From contig CBDCMT010000001.1 in assembly GCA_965219095.1 (NCBI GenBank), positions 1,088,001 to 1,152,000 on the forward strand: 64,000 nt of DNA, given 5' to 3'. Below the pieces are notes generated by a model. That model was not told the DNA's origin. It searched no databases and saw nothing but the letters and a program-made list of their open reading frames with translations. This stretch comes from Bdellovibrionales bacterium. GTDB lineage: Bacteria; Bdellovibrionota; Bdellovibrionia; Bdellovibrionales; UBA1609. Made by a program: the position numbers and the translations under genes. Position 1 is the stretch's first letter. The number at the start of each line of letters is the position of its first letter. Below are positions 41,632-52,588 of the stretch, piece after piece.

Positions 41632-42126
41632 CTCTTGTTGACTTACACGAATGAAGTGAGTTAAGTAATAACGAACCATAGAGGTTAAGTCCACACGAAG
41701 ATTTTTGAAAGACCATTCTAACTCTCCGTAGGCAATAAATTGTGCTTGAATTTTATGCTCATCTTGCAAATCATTTTTCTTGTCATTTTGAATTAAGTGG
41801 ATGCAAATCTCCCCTGGTTTAAGAGTGTAAAAAACCATCTGAAAACCATGTCGGAACAACATAAATCCAGGTCTTTTTATAGATAGCTTGTAGATTTTAA
41901 GGCGGGCTTTACGACCTTCTTCTGTATCTTCTTTAAACTCATTGAAATAGATAATGTATTTTTCAAAAATATCCTTTATTAAGGATAAAGATTCTTTGGT
42001 TTTTTCTTCTAAAATTTCTTTTGGGCTAGTTTGTACTCCATAAAAATTATTGGACAAAAGCTCGCCTTCTGTCATAGCCTGTTCTTCTAGAACTAGTTTT
42101 TCTAACCAATCATGTTGAATTTCCAA
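41626..42126 (-). CDS. Hypothetical protein
   Basis: 166-aa ORF with an AAGG RBS and TTG start. Confidence 0.7.
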   Translation of the reverse strand: MEIQHDWLEKLVLEEQAMTEGELLSNNFYGVQTSPKEILEEKTKESLSLIKDIFEKYIIYFNEFKEDTEEGRKARLKIYKLSIKRPGFMLFRHGFQMVFYTLKPGEICIHLIQNDKKNDLQDEHKIQAQFIAYGELEWSFKNLRVDLTSMVRYYLTHFIRVSQQEL

Positions 42127-42299
42127 AACACCTTCCTTCTTTTCAATATAACCCTAAGTTTATGGTTATATTGTGATTTATGAAAGTCAACGTAGTTTTT
42201 TTGCTAAGCGTCATAGCTCCATTTTAAACTCAAATCCATCTAAGCTAGTTAGAGAAGGTATAGTAAAATTATAAATAAAACTAAAAAAGGACATTTTTT

Positions 42300-42791
42300 A
42301 TGACAAAAATAAAACAATTTATTTTCTCCTCTTTTCTTCTTATGTTTCTTGCATCTTGTTCTTCTATGAAGGCCAAGGTAGGAGATGTAGAAAAGGATCC
42401 TAGCATTAGTACGACAGAACTTAGTTTTAAACCTCAAGGAAGTGATGCAGGTTTTGATGGTTTAACAACTATTAATTTTGAATTCGATCGTGCGGACTTA
42501 ACAGAAAAAAGTCGCAAAACCCTTGAAGAAAATGCTCACTGGATTAAAACTAATCCTAATTATATTATCGAAATTGAGGGTCATTGTGATAATCGAGGTT
42601 CTGTACAGTACAACATTGCTTTAGGCGAAAGAAGATCTAATATGGTAAGAGGTTATCTTATTAATTTGGGTGTACCTAGAGAGAGGATGTCTGTTATCAG
42701 CTATGGAAAAGAAAAATTAATTGCTTTAGGAAATGATGAGGCCTCTCACTATAAAAATAGACGAGCTAACTTTAAGCCCATCAAGAAATAA
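42300..42791 (+). CDS. pal: Peptidoglycan-associated lipoprotein
   Basis: Lipobox LASC; EGHCDNRGSVQYNIALGERR, SYGKE, NRRA. Confidence 0.93.
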   Translation: MTKIKQFIFSSFLLMFLASCSSMKAKVGDVEKDPSISTTELSFKPQGSDAGFDGLTTINFEFDRADLTEKSRKTLEENAHWIKTNPNYIIEIEGHCDNRGSVQYNIALGERRSNMVRGYLINLGVPRERMSVISYGKEKLIALGNDEASHYKNRRANFKPIKK

Positions 42792-42794
42792 ACT

Positions 42795-43136
42795 ATGAAA
42801 AAAACTTTTCTTAAAAGTTTTTCATTTTGTTTTATATCCTTATTTTTCCTACAATGTGCAGGAACGCCTCCCGTTTATATTTACAATCAGGCTTCCCTAG
42901 CTTTAAAAAAAGCCAGAGAAGCTTATGGTAAAACGTACTCTCCTAAAACTCTTAAAATATCTCAAAGGTATTACAACCAAGGAGAAAAACTCTATACAGA
43001 AAGAAGGTACAGAAAAGCGAAAGAAGAATTCCTAAAAGCCATTAAATGGGCTGAAAAAACAGAAAACCTTTCTTTAATAAGAAAGATAAAAGAACAGGAA
43101 GAAATAACAGAAGAAGAAAGAAAGTCAGCACAATGA
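42795..43136 (+). CDS. Small helical lipoprotein (DUF4398-like)
   Basis: Lipobox-like FLQC; lies between pal and cpoB. Confidence 0.6.
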   Translation: MKKTFLKSFSFCFISLFFLQCAGTPPVYIYNQASLALKKAREAYGKTYSPKTLKISQRYYNQGEKLYTERRYRKAKEEFLKAIKWAEKTENLSLIRKIKEQEEITEEERKSAQ

Positions 43137-43873
43137 AAAAAAAATTACTGCTTATCATAACTACTTTGCTTTTTAGCACTTCTTGTTTTAAAACAAGAAG
43201 TGAATTGCAAGGTAGAATCAACACTGTTCCTGAAGCTATACCTCTTGAGTCCCAAGAAAACTCACAAACTACACCCTACAGTAAGAGAAGTATAAGAACT
43301 TGGGATCGGTTGAATGAAATCGAACAACAACTTCAAGAGCTTCGTTCAGAAATTGAGATTTTACAAAATCAAATCTCTCAGGCCAATTACAAGGACAAAA
43401 ATCCTCCCGTCAATTCTTTAAATAAAAACTATTCAAACAAAGCTTACGAGGAGGCTTTGTTTGATTTTGAAAAAAATCTGAAAAATTTAAACAAACGGCT
43501 CAATCAATTGGAAGAAAAACAAAAAGTTTATAAAAAAAAGAGTACAAAAGGAAGTAAAAAGAGTACAAAAAAGAGTGTAAAAAACAAAACCATTGTGAAG
43601 AAAGAAAACATTCTAAATTTTTTACACCATCGTGCTGAGAAAGCCTTTAAGACAAAAAACTGGACTCTTTCCATAGAACTTTATCAAAAGTTAAGGAAGA
43701 ACTCAAAAGGGAAAACTTACAGACAAGCCACTTATAAGATTGGAGAGGCTTTCAGTCGTTTAGGTATGAAAAAAGAAGCCCAACCTTTTTTAGAAGAACT
43801 TGTTAAAAAGTACCCTAAAACTTTAGAGGCTAAACAAGCGAAAATAAAGTTAAATCAGTTTTATCATCAGTGA
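43133..43873 (+). CDS. cpoB: CpoB/YbgF-like TPR lipoprotein
   Basis: Lipobox, coiled coil, TPR-like YKIGEAF..LG...EA..FLEELVKKYP; follows pal. Confidence 0.7.
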   Translation: MKKKLLLIITTLLFSTSCFKTRSELQGRINTVPEAIPLESQENSQTTPYSKRSIRTWDRLNEIEQQLQELRSEIEILQNQISQANYKDKNPPVNSLNKNYSNKAYEEALFDFEKNLKNLNKRLNQLEEKQKVYKKKSTKGSKKSTKKSVKNKTIVKKENILNFLHHRAEKAFKTKNWTLSIELYQKLRKNSKGKTYRQATYKIGEAFSRLGMKKEAQPFLEELVKKYPKTLEAKQAKIKLNQFYHQ

Positions 43874-44913
43874 TTAAAAAAGTTCTAGCTATTGAAACAA
43901 GTTGTGATGACACAGCTGTGTCTGTTGTCAAAGAACCACAGGAAGTGGAGGTCTCTTTATCTGCAGATCAAATAAAAGCTCACATGCCTTTTGGCGGTGT
44001 TGTACCTGAAATAGCAGGACGCAGGCATTCTCTTGTGCTACTTTCTCTTGTGAAAGAAGCCCTTCGTTTAAGTGAAAGTACTTGGGAGGACATTGATGGC
44101 TTATCTGTTACTAACAGACCTGGTCTTTTAACCTCCCTTTTTGTAGGAGTGATGACAGCAAAAACCTTAGCTCTTTGTCAGAAAAAACCTCTCATAGGAG
44201 TCAATCACTTAGAAGCCCACATCTATGCTCCTTTTTTAAGTGATAAAGAACATAAAGCTCCCCGCTTTTGGAAAAATTCTTTTCTAGCTCTTGCTGTAAG
44301 CGGGGGACATACTCACCTTTACAAAGTACACAAGTTTACTCGCTACGAACTTTTGGGAAAAACACTGGATGATGCTGCAGGAGAGGCATTCGACAAATTT
44401 GCTCAACTTCTTTCTTTGGGCTTTCCGGGTGGCACTCTTGTGGATCGTATGTCTCAAGGTGGAGATGCTCACAAATATCTTCTTCCAAGACCTCTTATAA
44501 AAGAAGATCATTTCAACTATAGTTTTTCGGGGCTTAAAACAGCCTCCTATCGGTTGATTCAAACTATGACTCCGCAGGAGAGAAAGGACCATCTTAAGGA
44601 TCTTTGTGCTAGTTTTCAACAGGCTGTTTCAGAGTCTTTAATGAAAAAACTCAAAAAAGCTCAAGAAAAGTTAAAAATTGACCGTGTTGTTCTTACAGGA
44701 GGTGTAAGTGCTAACTCTCTTTTAAGAAGCATGTGTCTTCAGTGGGCTCAAAAAAAAGGTCTTGAAGTTGCAATACCCCCTTTAAGATATTGCACAGATA
44801 ATGCAGCTATGGTGGGGCTTGTGGGTCTTAAAAGACTTCAACTTTATGGAGGAGAAAGACTTCAAGCCATTCAAGCTATGTCTTGTGTCAAAAAGGACGA
44901 TTTTATTTCATGA
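43870..44913 (+). CDS. tsaD: tRNA t6A threonylcarbamoyltransferase
   Basis: IETSCDDT, GGVVPE, HLEAH, SGGHT, DDAAGEAFDK, CTDNAAM. Confidence 0.97.
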   Translation: MIKKVLAIETSCDDTAVSVVKEPQEVEVSLSADQIKAHMPFGGVVPEIAGRRHSLVLLSLVKEALRLSESTWEDIDGLSVTNRPGLLTSLFVGVMTAKTLALCQKKPLIGVNHLEAHIYAPFLSDKEHKAPRFWKNSFLALAVSGGHTHLYKVHKFTRYELLGKTLDDAAGEAFDKFAQLLSLGFPGGTLVDRMSQGGDAHKYLLPRPLIKEDHFNYSFSGLKTASYRLIQTMTPQERKDHLKDLCASFQQAVSESLMKKLKKAQEKLKIDRVVLTGGVSANSLLRSMCLQWAQKKGLEVAIPPLRYCTDNAAMVGLVGLKRLQLYGGERLQAIQAMSCVKKDDFIS

Positions 44914-45722
44914 ACTCTCAGAGCGTCAAAGATAAGCTCAGACAATTAGGAATCTCTCCTAGAAAATCACTAGGACAAAATTTTCTTATCAATAAAAGCA
45001 TTTGCTATCAAATTATAGAAAAAACCCGTCAACTCAAACCCTCTTATTACGTAGAGATAGGTCCTGGTCTAGGAGCTTTAACACAGTTCTTAAACCCTAA
45101 AAAAAGTCTTCTCATTGAAAAAGAGAAAGCTTTTTTGCCTTATTGGAAAAAGTCAGGCTTTCTTGTTTTAGAAAGGGACGTTTTAAAAGTTGATTTTAGT
45201 ACTCTTCAACTTAAGCCTAAGACTATTCTTCTCAGTAACCTCCCCTACACCATAAGCTCTCGTTTTTTAATTCAGATCTCTTTACAACATAAGAATTTGA
45301 TCGAGTGGATGGTTTTAATGTTTCAAAAAGAGGTGGCACAAAGAATACTAAGCCCTCAAGGGAGTAAAAACTATGGTATTTTATCTGTTATGACCCAAAC
45401 CTTATGGAATATAGAAAATTTTTTAGAAGTTTACCCTAAAGACTTTTATCCTCCTCCCCAAGTTGCAGGACAGGTTCTTGTATTTAAAAAAAAACTCTCT
45501 CCTTTCAAGACCTCTCACCAAATAAAAAAGTTTCTTTTATTTGTAAAAAAAGCCTTTCTTTATAGAAGAAAGTACCTGAAAAGTAACTTAAAGTTAAAAG
45601 ATTTAAAAACCTTAGAGGCTCTTAACATTTCCTACAAAGCAAGAGCTGAGGATCTAAGTCCAAGAGACTTTGTCAAACTTTTTTGCTATATTAAAAAACA
45701 TGAGACAAAAGAATCCACCTAA
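44910..45722 (+). CDS. rsmA: 16S rRNA dimethyltransferase
   Basis: KSLGQNFL, EIGPGLGALT, NLPY, MFQKEVA, RAEDL. Confidence 0.95.
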   Translation: MNSQSVKDKLRQLGISPRKSLGQNFLINKSICYQIIEKTRQLKPSYYVEIGPGLGALTQFLNPKKSLLIEKEKAFLPYWKKSGFLVLERDVLKVDFSTLQLKPKTILLSNLPYTISSRFLIQISLQHKNLIEWMVLMFQKEVAQRILSPQGSKNYGILSVMTQTLWNIENFLEVYPKDFYPPPQVAGQVLVFKKKLSPFKTSHQIKKFLLFVKKAFLYRRKYLKSNLKLKDLKTLEALNISYKARAEDLSPRDFVKLFCYIKKHETKEST

Positions 45723-46179
45723 GAATGCTTTGTTTGTTGCAAAAAACAAAAAAGCCAGTTTTAACTATGAAATTTTAGAAAGCTTTGAAGCAGGCCTGCA
45801 ACTCAAAGGTAGCGAAGTGAAGTCGTTGAGATTAAAGCTCTGTAGCCTTTCTCAAGCCTACATTTCTTTTGCCAAAAAGGAGGCTTTTGTACAAGGTATG
45901 CATATTGCCCCTTACCCTCATGGGGGTTTAAATAACCACAATCCTCTACGTCTTAGAAAGCTTCTTCTTCACAGAAGGGAAATTAATCGTTTGATGGGTC
46001 TTTCCGATAAACAGGGAGTTACGTGCGTTCCTTTAGAAATTTATTTTAATAAAAAACAAAAAGTGAAATTGAAAATAGCTCTTGTAAGAGGAAAGCATAA
46101 AAAGGACAAACGAGAAACATTGAAGAGAAGACAAGCTCATAGAGAGATGGCTCGTGAAATGAAAAAGAAAAATCTGTAA
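45700..46179 (+). CDS. smpB: SsrA-binding protein
   Basis: NKKA.FNY, EAGLQLKGSEVKSLR, RKLLLHRREI, DKRE. Confidence 0.97.
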   Translation: MRQKNPPKNALFVAKNKKASFNYEILESFEAGLQLKGSEVKSLRLKLCSLSQAYISFAKKEAFVQGMHIAPYPHGGLNNHNPLRLRKLLLHRREINRLMGLSDKQGVTCVPLEIYFNKKQKVKLKIALVRGKHKKDKRETLKRRQAHREMAREMKKKNL

Positions 46180-46363
46180 ACAATATCTATAGCGATAGCA
46201 TTTAATTTTGCCTCCTCAAAAGAATCTGTGGGTTCCCGGAGGTTCTGGCAGTTTTCCAAGGTTATGATATAAGGCGATTTTTTAAGTGTAGTGAGGTCTA
46301 GTTTTTTGATAAAATCTTGATAAAGAAGAAGTTTTTTTAAGAACGTAGTTGTATGAGTAAATT

Positions 46364-47740
46364 TTAATTAAGTTTTATTTTCTGATCTTCAAGAATTTCT
46401 TTTGTTTTCTGAGACCTATAAGAAAAAATTTTTTCTAAATTTTTTCTTATAAAATAGTCTGTTACTCCGAGATCTAAAAATCTTAAGGGAAGTGTGTAAA
46501 AAATTCGATCCTTTATAAGAGTTCCCCTTTGAACTTCTTCAAAAAAATGATCATGCATCCAATGATTGTAAGGACCTTTTTTTTGGGAGTCTGTAAAATA
46601 GTGAGGAGGATTCCAGTCTGTGATTTCTGTGATCCAAGAAAGAGGAAATTTAGAGATTTTGAATTTGTAGTGAATGTGGGTGTGTTTTTTTATTTGTTCT
46701 GTTGAGATATGAATGATTTGCAATTGCAAAGAAGGGGGAGTGATCTTTTTAAGATTGTAGGGGTTGGAAAAAAACTTAAAAACCTTTTGAAGAGGTTGAA
46801 AGACCCATAAATTTCTTTCAAGAAGAGAAGCTCCTTTATGAAGATAAAGATCTTTGAAAGCTGTCTGGAGTTGAGGGAATTGAAACTTAAAATTTGTTTC
46901 TTTTGAGAATCTGTGAGGTATAACTTTTTGACTTGCTAAAACTAAGTTGGCTCTTTGTCCTAACATAATCTTAAGAGCTATTTTTGGAGCAGGGAGATTG
47001 AGTTTGAAAAGAGGCTTTAGCTTTAAAGTTTCATAAAAAATTTTTGTAAAATCTTTGTTTCTTATAGGGGAGTTTGTTGTGGCATTAAAAGCCCCGTAGA
47101 GGTTCTCATTGTCTAGAACGTAAAGAAAAAGTCTCACAACGTCTTTAATATGTATCCAGCTCATCCACTGACGTCCAGAAGCTAAGGGTCCTGCTATGCC
47201 TTTTCTAAAAAGAGGTTCTAATTCTTTTAAAAAGCCTTTATTGCGATCAAGGACAAGTCCTAAACGTAAAACAACAACTCTTAAAGCTTTAAGTTCTAAG
47301 AGGGGGTTTTCCCATTCTTCACAAACTTTCGAGAGAAAACCATTCCCCTTGGCAGAATCTTCTGTTTGCTCTTTCTCTCCTTCACCATAAAACCCAATAG
47401 CTCCTGCTGAAATAAAAGCTTTCACATCCGTTCTATGATGATTTAAGGCTTTAACAAGCTTTGTAGTCAGTTGAGAACGGGAGTTAAGAATTTCTTTTTT
47501 TTGAGTTGTGGTCCATTTTTTTGAAGCTATAGCTTCTCCTGCTAAATGAAATACAGCTTCCACACTTTCAAAAGCCTCTTTATTTTCTATGTCATCCCAT
47601 AAAAGAAGTTTGTGGGGGTAAGGAAAGTTAGGTTTTTTTTGTCGACTTACAATTTTTAATTTATAACCTTTTTTAAGTAAACTTTCAGAAAGTTTTTGGC
47701 CGATAAATCCTGTAGCACCTGTAATCATCACATACTTCAT
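46364..47740 (-). CDS. TIGR01777-type NAD-dependent epimerase fused to an SRPBCC domain
   Basis: ITGATGFIG, HLAGE, GRQWMSWIH; C-terminal VFKFFSNPYNL...F.D.Q.KGPY..W.H.H.F. Confidence 0.88.
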   Translation of the reverse strand: MKYVMITGATGFIGQKLSESLLKKGYKLKIVSRQKKPNFPYPHKLLLWDDIENKEAFESVEAVFHLAGEAIASKKWTTTQKKEILNSRSQLTTKLVKALNHHRTDVKAFISAGAIGFYGEGEKEQTEDSAKGNGFLSKVCEEWENPLLELKALRVVVLRLGLVLDRNKGFLKELEPLFRKGIAGPLASGRQWMSWIHIKDVVRLFLYVLDNENLYGAFNATTNSPIRNKDFTKIFYETLKLKPLFKLNLPAPKIALKIMLGQRANLVLASQKVIPHRFSKETNFKFQFPQLQTAFKDLYLHKGASLLERNLWVFQPLQKVFKFFSNPYNLKKITPPSLQLQIIHISTEQIKKHTHIHYKFKISKFPLSWITEITDWNPPHYFTDSQKKGPYNHWMHDHFFEEVQRGTLIKDRIFYTLPLRFLDLGVTDYFIRKNLEKIFSYRSQKTKEILEDQKIKLN

Positions 47741-47788
47741 GCTTTGTTAGAGTACCATAAAAGAGAGGCTTAAATATTTAACTTAATA

Positions 47789-48251
47789 ACCCGAGTTTCA
47801 ACTTTTTTCAGGGCTAAGGTCTAGCTTATATAAAAAAACACCTTTAGACCTTTGTAAGATTTTCTTGAAAAAGCAACTTACAAGGAAAAACAACTTGAGA
47901 ATTATAAAAAAAACATACTAAAGAGGTCTAAGATATTTAATTCTAATTATATCAATTTATGTTCCTGTCGATGATTTTTTAACCCCTCTCGTACAACAAT
48001 CCAGAGCTGATTTTTCAAAACAAAAGGAGTTTTTCTTCTGCTTATCTCCCAGAGAAATCATCACTCTCTCTACTTTTCCAAAGTTTTAGGCTTTAGGAAT
48101 CTTAAAGCCTTCTACCAGTTTATAAGAAGTCTATCTTACAATCTTATTTTCCTAAAATGTTGTCTTATACCATTTCCAAAAATTAATTCGACATTCTTTT
48201 AACGCATAGCCTCCTGGCTTTTTAATCAAACTCTGTTAAATTTTTAGAGTG
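47789..48251 (+). mobile_element. Degraded IS982 left part followed by an IS630-A left end
   Basis: ACCCGAGTTTCAACTTTT IR with similarity to 24761-25100; from 48167 matches 3856-3940. Confidence 0.8.
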
Positions 48252-48351
48252 TCTATCAAAAAGAAAATATAGATGACCAGCCTTTTTTTGAAAAACTGGG
48301 ACTTAAAAACCCTGATTAGAAGAGTTAGACTCATCTAAGAAGTAAGCTCAT

Positions 48352-48395
48352 TGAACTTCCCCCAAAAAAGTGGACAGTTTTTTGGGGGAAGATCA
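48352..48395. repeat. 44-bp palindrome of IS3-type ends
   Basis: TGAACTTCCCCCAAAAAA-GTGGACAG-TTTTTTGGGGGAAGATCA; TG...CA termini. Confidence 0.6.
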
Positions 48396-49378
48396 CTAGA
48401 AATAAAGGTCAATTTCCTAAAGGTATGAGTGGTCCTCTTCAGTATGGTGTAGGCATTAGAGCTTCCATCATCAATTTCATTATAGTTCAGATGCTGTCTT
48501 TTAGAGCGTGTTGGGGAACATTACATGGGGCTTATAGGTCGAATGATTTCTCCTGCAGTTATGTTGAGATACATTGCTGAATTAGGAGAGTTTCTTAAAA
48601 GTTGGGAAGAGCAGATGAAAGAAAAGATACTTGAATCAGAGGTCATTCATGTTGATGAGACCTCTATGAGGGTTAAGGGTAAAAACTACTGGATTCATAC
48701 TTATAGTTCAGGAGAATTAGTCTTGCAGTTTCTCCACCTTTCAGGTGGAAAGGAAGCCATAAAAGATATTGGTCTCTTGGATAGATATGCAGGAGTGCTT
48801 GTGCATGATTGTTGGAGTCCTTACTTTTGTTATGATAAGATAACTCATGCTTTGTGTGTGGCTCACCTTTTGAGAGAGCTTAAATTTATAGAAGAAAGCA
48901 ATGGATTCAAATGGGCTACAAATCTCAAAAAACTTCTTAAAGAGACTGTGGAGCTAGTTCATAAAAAAGAGTCAAGAGTTCTGACTCAAAAAGAGTACGA
49001 AACTCTTCAGAGAAGGTATAGGAGTATTCTTACAAAAGGCTTAAAAGAGCTTCCAGAATTTCCTAAGAAAAATGGCAAGAAAGGACGAATAAAGCATACA
49101 CAAGCTCAAAACCTTTGGCTGCGATTTAAAAAGTATGAAGCAGAAATACTGTGTTTTGCTAAAAGAAAGAACGTAGATCCTACTAATAACAGAGCTGAAA
49201 GAGATCTAAGAATGACTAAAGTGAAAAAGAAAGTGTCAGGGTGTTTCAGAACAGAAGAAATGGCGAAATATTTTTGTCGCATTACCAGCTATGTTAAAAC
49301 AATGAGAAATAGAGGGTATTCTTCTTTAGAAGCCATCTCTATGGCTTTAAATAAAAACTTACGAGAGTGAGCAGTTAC
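48396..49378 (+). mobile_element. IS66 5'-truncated copy (frameshift near 48503)
   Basis: Near-identical to 21512-22477. Confidence 0.92.
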
Positions 49379-49380
49379 GT

Positions 49381-50594
49381 TGTAATAGTCGCAACTTAAT
49401 CTGACACGTCTCGAAATGTCAAAGAGATGAAAAGAGGTTACCCTTTTAAATAAACAATACCACCCCAAAGGGTGGAGAAAGGATAACAAAAATGACATAT
49501 CAAGAAAGAATTATAAAATCAAAAGTAGGTCTTTTGCAATTAGCAGAAGAGTTAGGCAATGTATCTCAAGCTTGTAAGGTGATGGGCTTTTCAAGAGATA
49601 CATTTTATCGTTACAAGACACTCAAAGAGGAAGGAGGTTTAGAATCATTAAGAGAGCAAAGTCGTAGAAAGCCTAATTTAAAAAACAGAGTTGATCAAAC
49701 GACAGAAGAGGCTTGTTTAAGGATCGCTATAGAACTTCCTGCCTATGGACAGTTGAGAGCGTCCAATGAGTTAAGGAAAAAAGGAATTTTTATTTCTCCT
49801 GCAGGAGTTAGAGGGGTCTGGCTGAGAAATAATTTAGAGACTTTCAAAAAGCGTTTGAAAGCTTTAGAAAAGAAGTCTGCAGAGGAAGGCTTGGTTTTCA
49901 CAGAGGAGCAGTTACAAGCCCTAGAGAAGAAGAAACAAGAGGATTTAGAGTGCGGAGAGGTAGAGACAGCTCATCCTGGTTATTTAGGCTCACAGGACAC
50001 TTTTTATGTGGGAACTATGAAAGGTGTAGGACGTCTTTATCAACAAACCTTTGTGGACACTTACTCAAAAATTGCTTTCTGTAAGCTCTATAAAACGAAA
50101 ACACCTATTACAGCAGCTGACCTTCTCAATGATAGAGTGTTTCCTTTTTTTGAAGACCATGATGTGCCCCTGCTTCGTATGTTAACAGATAGGGGTACAG
50201 AGTTCTGTGGAGTTCAAGATCGTCACGATTATGAGCTTTATTTGGCTATCAATGATATAGAGCACACAAAAACAAAGGCAAGACATCCTCAAACCAATGG
50301 CATCTGTGAAAGATTTCATAGAACAATTTTAGAGGAGTTTTATCAAGTGGAGTTTAGAAAAAAAGTGTACAAAAGCATAGAAGAGTTGCAGTCTGACCTT
50401 GACTTGTGGCTTGTGAAATATAATGAAAGGAGAACTCATCAGGGAAAAATGTGTTGTGGTCGAACACCTATGGAAACTTTCCTTGACGGAAAACAAAAAG
50501 TAAGGCAAAAGATGATTGAACAGAACGAAAACTGACAGACAGTTTTTTATCAACCCAGAAAGGGTAACTGTCAGATCATATAACGTCTATTACA
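49381..50594 (+). mobile_element. IS481 element, intact (CDS 49492-50535)
   Basis: TGT...ACA termini; GTTACGT repeated on both flanks; QDT, LTDRGTEF and NGICERFH motifs. Confidence 0.95.
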
Positions 50595-50601
50595 GTTACG
50601 T

Positions 50602-51295
50602 TTTATTATTATTTACATTTTTACGTTCTCCATAAGGTTTATATTTTTTCCCAGACTTGAAAACACCTAAAGTTAAAGCTGCAATTCTTCTAGTTGGTAG
50701 CGTTTCTAGCAGTATGTGGTGGTAAATTTTTTTTGATCAATTCTTCATAAAAATCATTAAATTCATTGTTATTTCCTATAACTGAGAGTGCAGCTGTCTT
50801 AAAAACACTTTTCATTTGTGGGCAAAACCTAGACTTCTTAGTTCCATAAGACCTTCCACCACTCATTTTATGTAGCTTTACAAGTCCGCAGTCCACTCCA
50901 CCAGGAATTACGTTTAAATCAGTGAGGCACTACAACCCTATCTTCTTACCTTTCAGAGTTTTTAAATAGGCACGAAGATTCCCAAGATCTGAAATCGTGT
51001 CCATAGTCTTAATATCTTTTGATTTGCCTGTCATCCTTGAAATGGCCATGTTACTTTGTGCCTAATCTACGGCTATATAGTGATCATACATTTTATTTTC
51101 CTCCTTTGTTGGTTGTTCATAAATAAAGTCTTGAAATCCTATTTTACATCTTTTTTTTGCTTTTTCCTTTGAGGCCTTAAAAAGCAGGACAGCTAAAGGG
51201 TTTAGAATTTGTCTCGAAAAGCTCACCTCCTTCTGCAAGTACTTTAGGGTCACTATCATGGCTTAAACCAGTGACCTGTCTTTTTGATTTACCGT
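50602..51295 (-). mobile_element. IS110-family remnant: decayed recombinase plus upstream non-coding end
   Basis: ATG 51091 gives MYDHYIAVD*AQSNMAI (RuvC-like start with a nonsense codon); CGLVKLHKMSGG is the Tnp-domain Ser motif; large internal deletion. Confidence 0.75.
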
Positions 51296-51448
51296 CGAAT
51301 TAATTTCTGTAATTGGTATTACTTGTAGTTTTATAAGAGCTTAGCTTTTGTACTTACTTTTGAAAGCCAGGATTTAATTGTTGTATTATCTCTAGCGACA
51401 TCCTTTCTGGTACTTTTTTATCTGGTACTTTCTTATTTTCCTGTTATA

Positions 51449-52586
51449 TAGTGCTTCCGCTTAGGTTTTCCGTTTTTTTTGAGTTGAGGTCTAGTTTTTA
51501 TTCTAAGGCCTTGATAAAAAGTCATTTATTTTAAAAAATAGTTTCATATGTCAGGGCCTCTATCAAAAAAAGAGCGAAAAGATTTACTCTATGAACTATC
51601 TCTAGAGAAAAATCTTAAATACGCAAAAAGGATTATGACAATTCTCCATTTAGATAAAGGTGAGTTGTGTAAAGATATTTCCCGTTTTCTTTTCCTTGAT
51701 GAGGGCACGATAAGAGCCTATAGAGATCGTTATAACAAAGGCGGGATAGAGTGCTTAATCAACGACAATTACAACCCTAAAAGGTCCTTTTTAACTAAGA
51801 AAGAGGAGAAAATGCTTTTAAAGGAATTAGAGAAAAGAATTTTTCCGTCATCACAGGCCCTTATTCAGTTCATTGAGGAGAATTTTGGTGTTACGTACTT
51901 TAACAAGTGGTGTAATTGATCTTCTCCATCGCCTTGGTTTTTCTTATAAAAAAGCCACAGCAATACCGGGTAAGGCAAAGAGAGAAGAGCAGAAAAAGTT
52001 TGTGCGTAAATACAAGAGAATTAAGAAGAAAGACGGTCCTGTTTACTTTGCTGATTCCACACATCCTGAGTGGGGCCCTACGATTTCATATGGTTGGATA
52101 AGAGAGGGTAAGAAGTTTGAAGTGAAGACCAATTCAGGCTGGAGAAAAAGAGTGAATGTTTGTGGAGCTATTGAGATCAATAGTTTGAAGACGGTAGTCA
52201 GGAGTTATAAGACAGTTAACGAAGTTTTTCTATGTGATATGCTCTATCATATTCATTAAGAAGTATTCCGATGAAAAAGAGATTCATCTTATCTTAGATG
52301 GGGCCGGATACAATAGATCGAAGTCTGTCAAGAAGTTAGCGAAAGAGTTGAATATAAAACTTATTTATCTTCCTCCGTACTCACCGAATTTAAATCCTAT
52401 AGAAAGACTTTGGAAGTTTATGAAAAAAGAGGTCACGGCGAATCGATATTATGAAAACTATGACGATTTCAAGGGAAGTTTAAGTCAATTTTTTAGAGGA
52501 ATACGAAAACACAGAGCTAAATTAGAAACTTTGATAACTGATAACTTCTCTATCTTAGGAAACTGAAAAACTAAACGGAAGCACTA
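51449..52586 (+). mobile_element. IS630 element type C; transposase split into three frames
   Basis: ORFs 51548-51919, 51873-52259 and 52234-52566; YFADST, LDGAGYN, PYSPNLNPIERLW; TA flanks. Confidence 0.92.
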
Positions 52587-52588
52587 TA

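Noticed and set aside
43531..43585. AAAAAGAGTACA short repeats
   Set aside because: They encode a Lys-rich linker (KKST) in the CpoB-like protein; not an array.
3744..46290. Recurrent palindromic GCCTCCTCAAAAGAATC... repeat as a CRISPR or REP array
   Set aside because: Copies are dispersed with no regular spacers, there are no cas genes, and the sequence is the ISL3 right end.
46180..46363. tmRNA gene after smpB
   Set aside because: No GGGG...CCA tRNA-like ends; the region holds an ISL3 end remnant.
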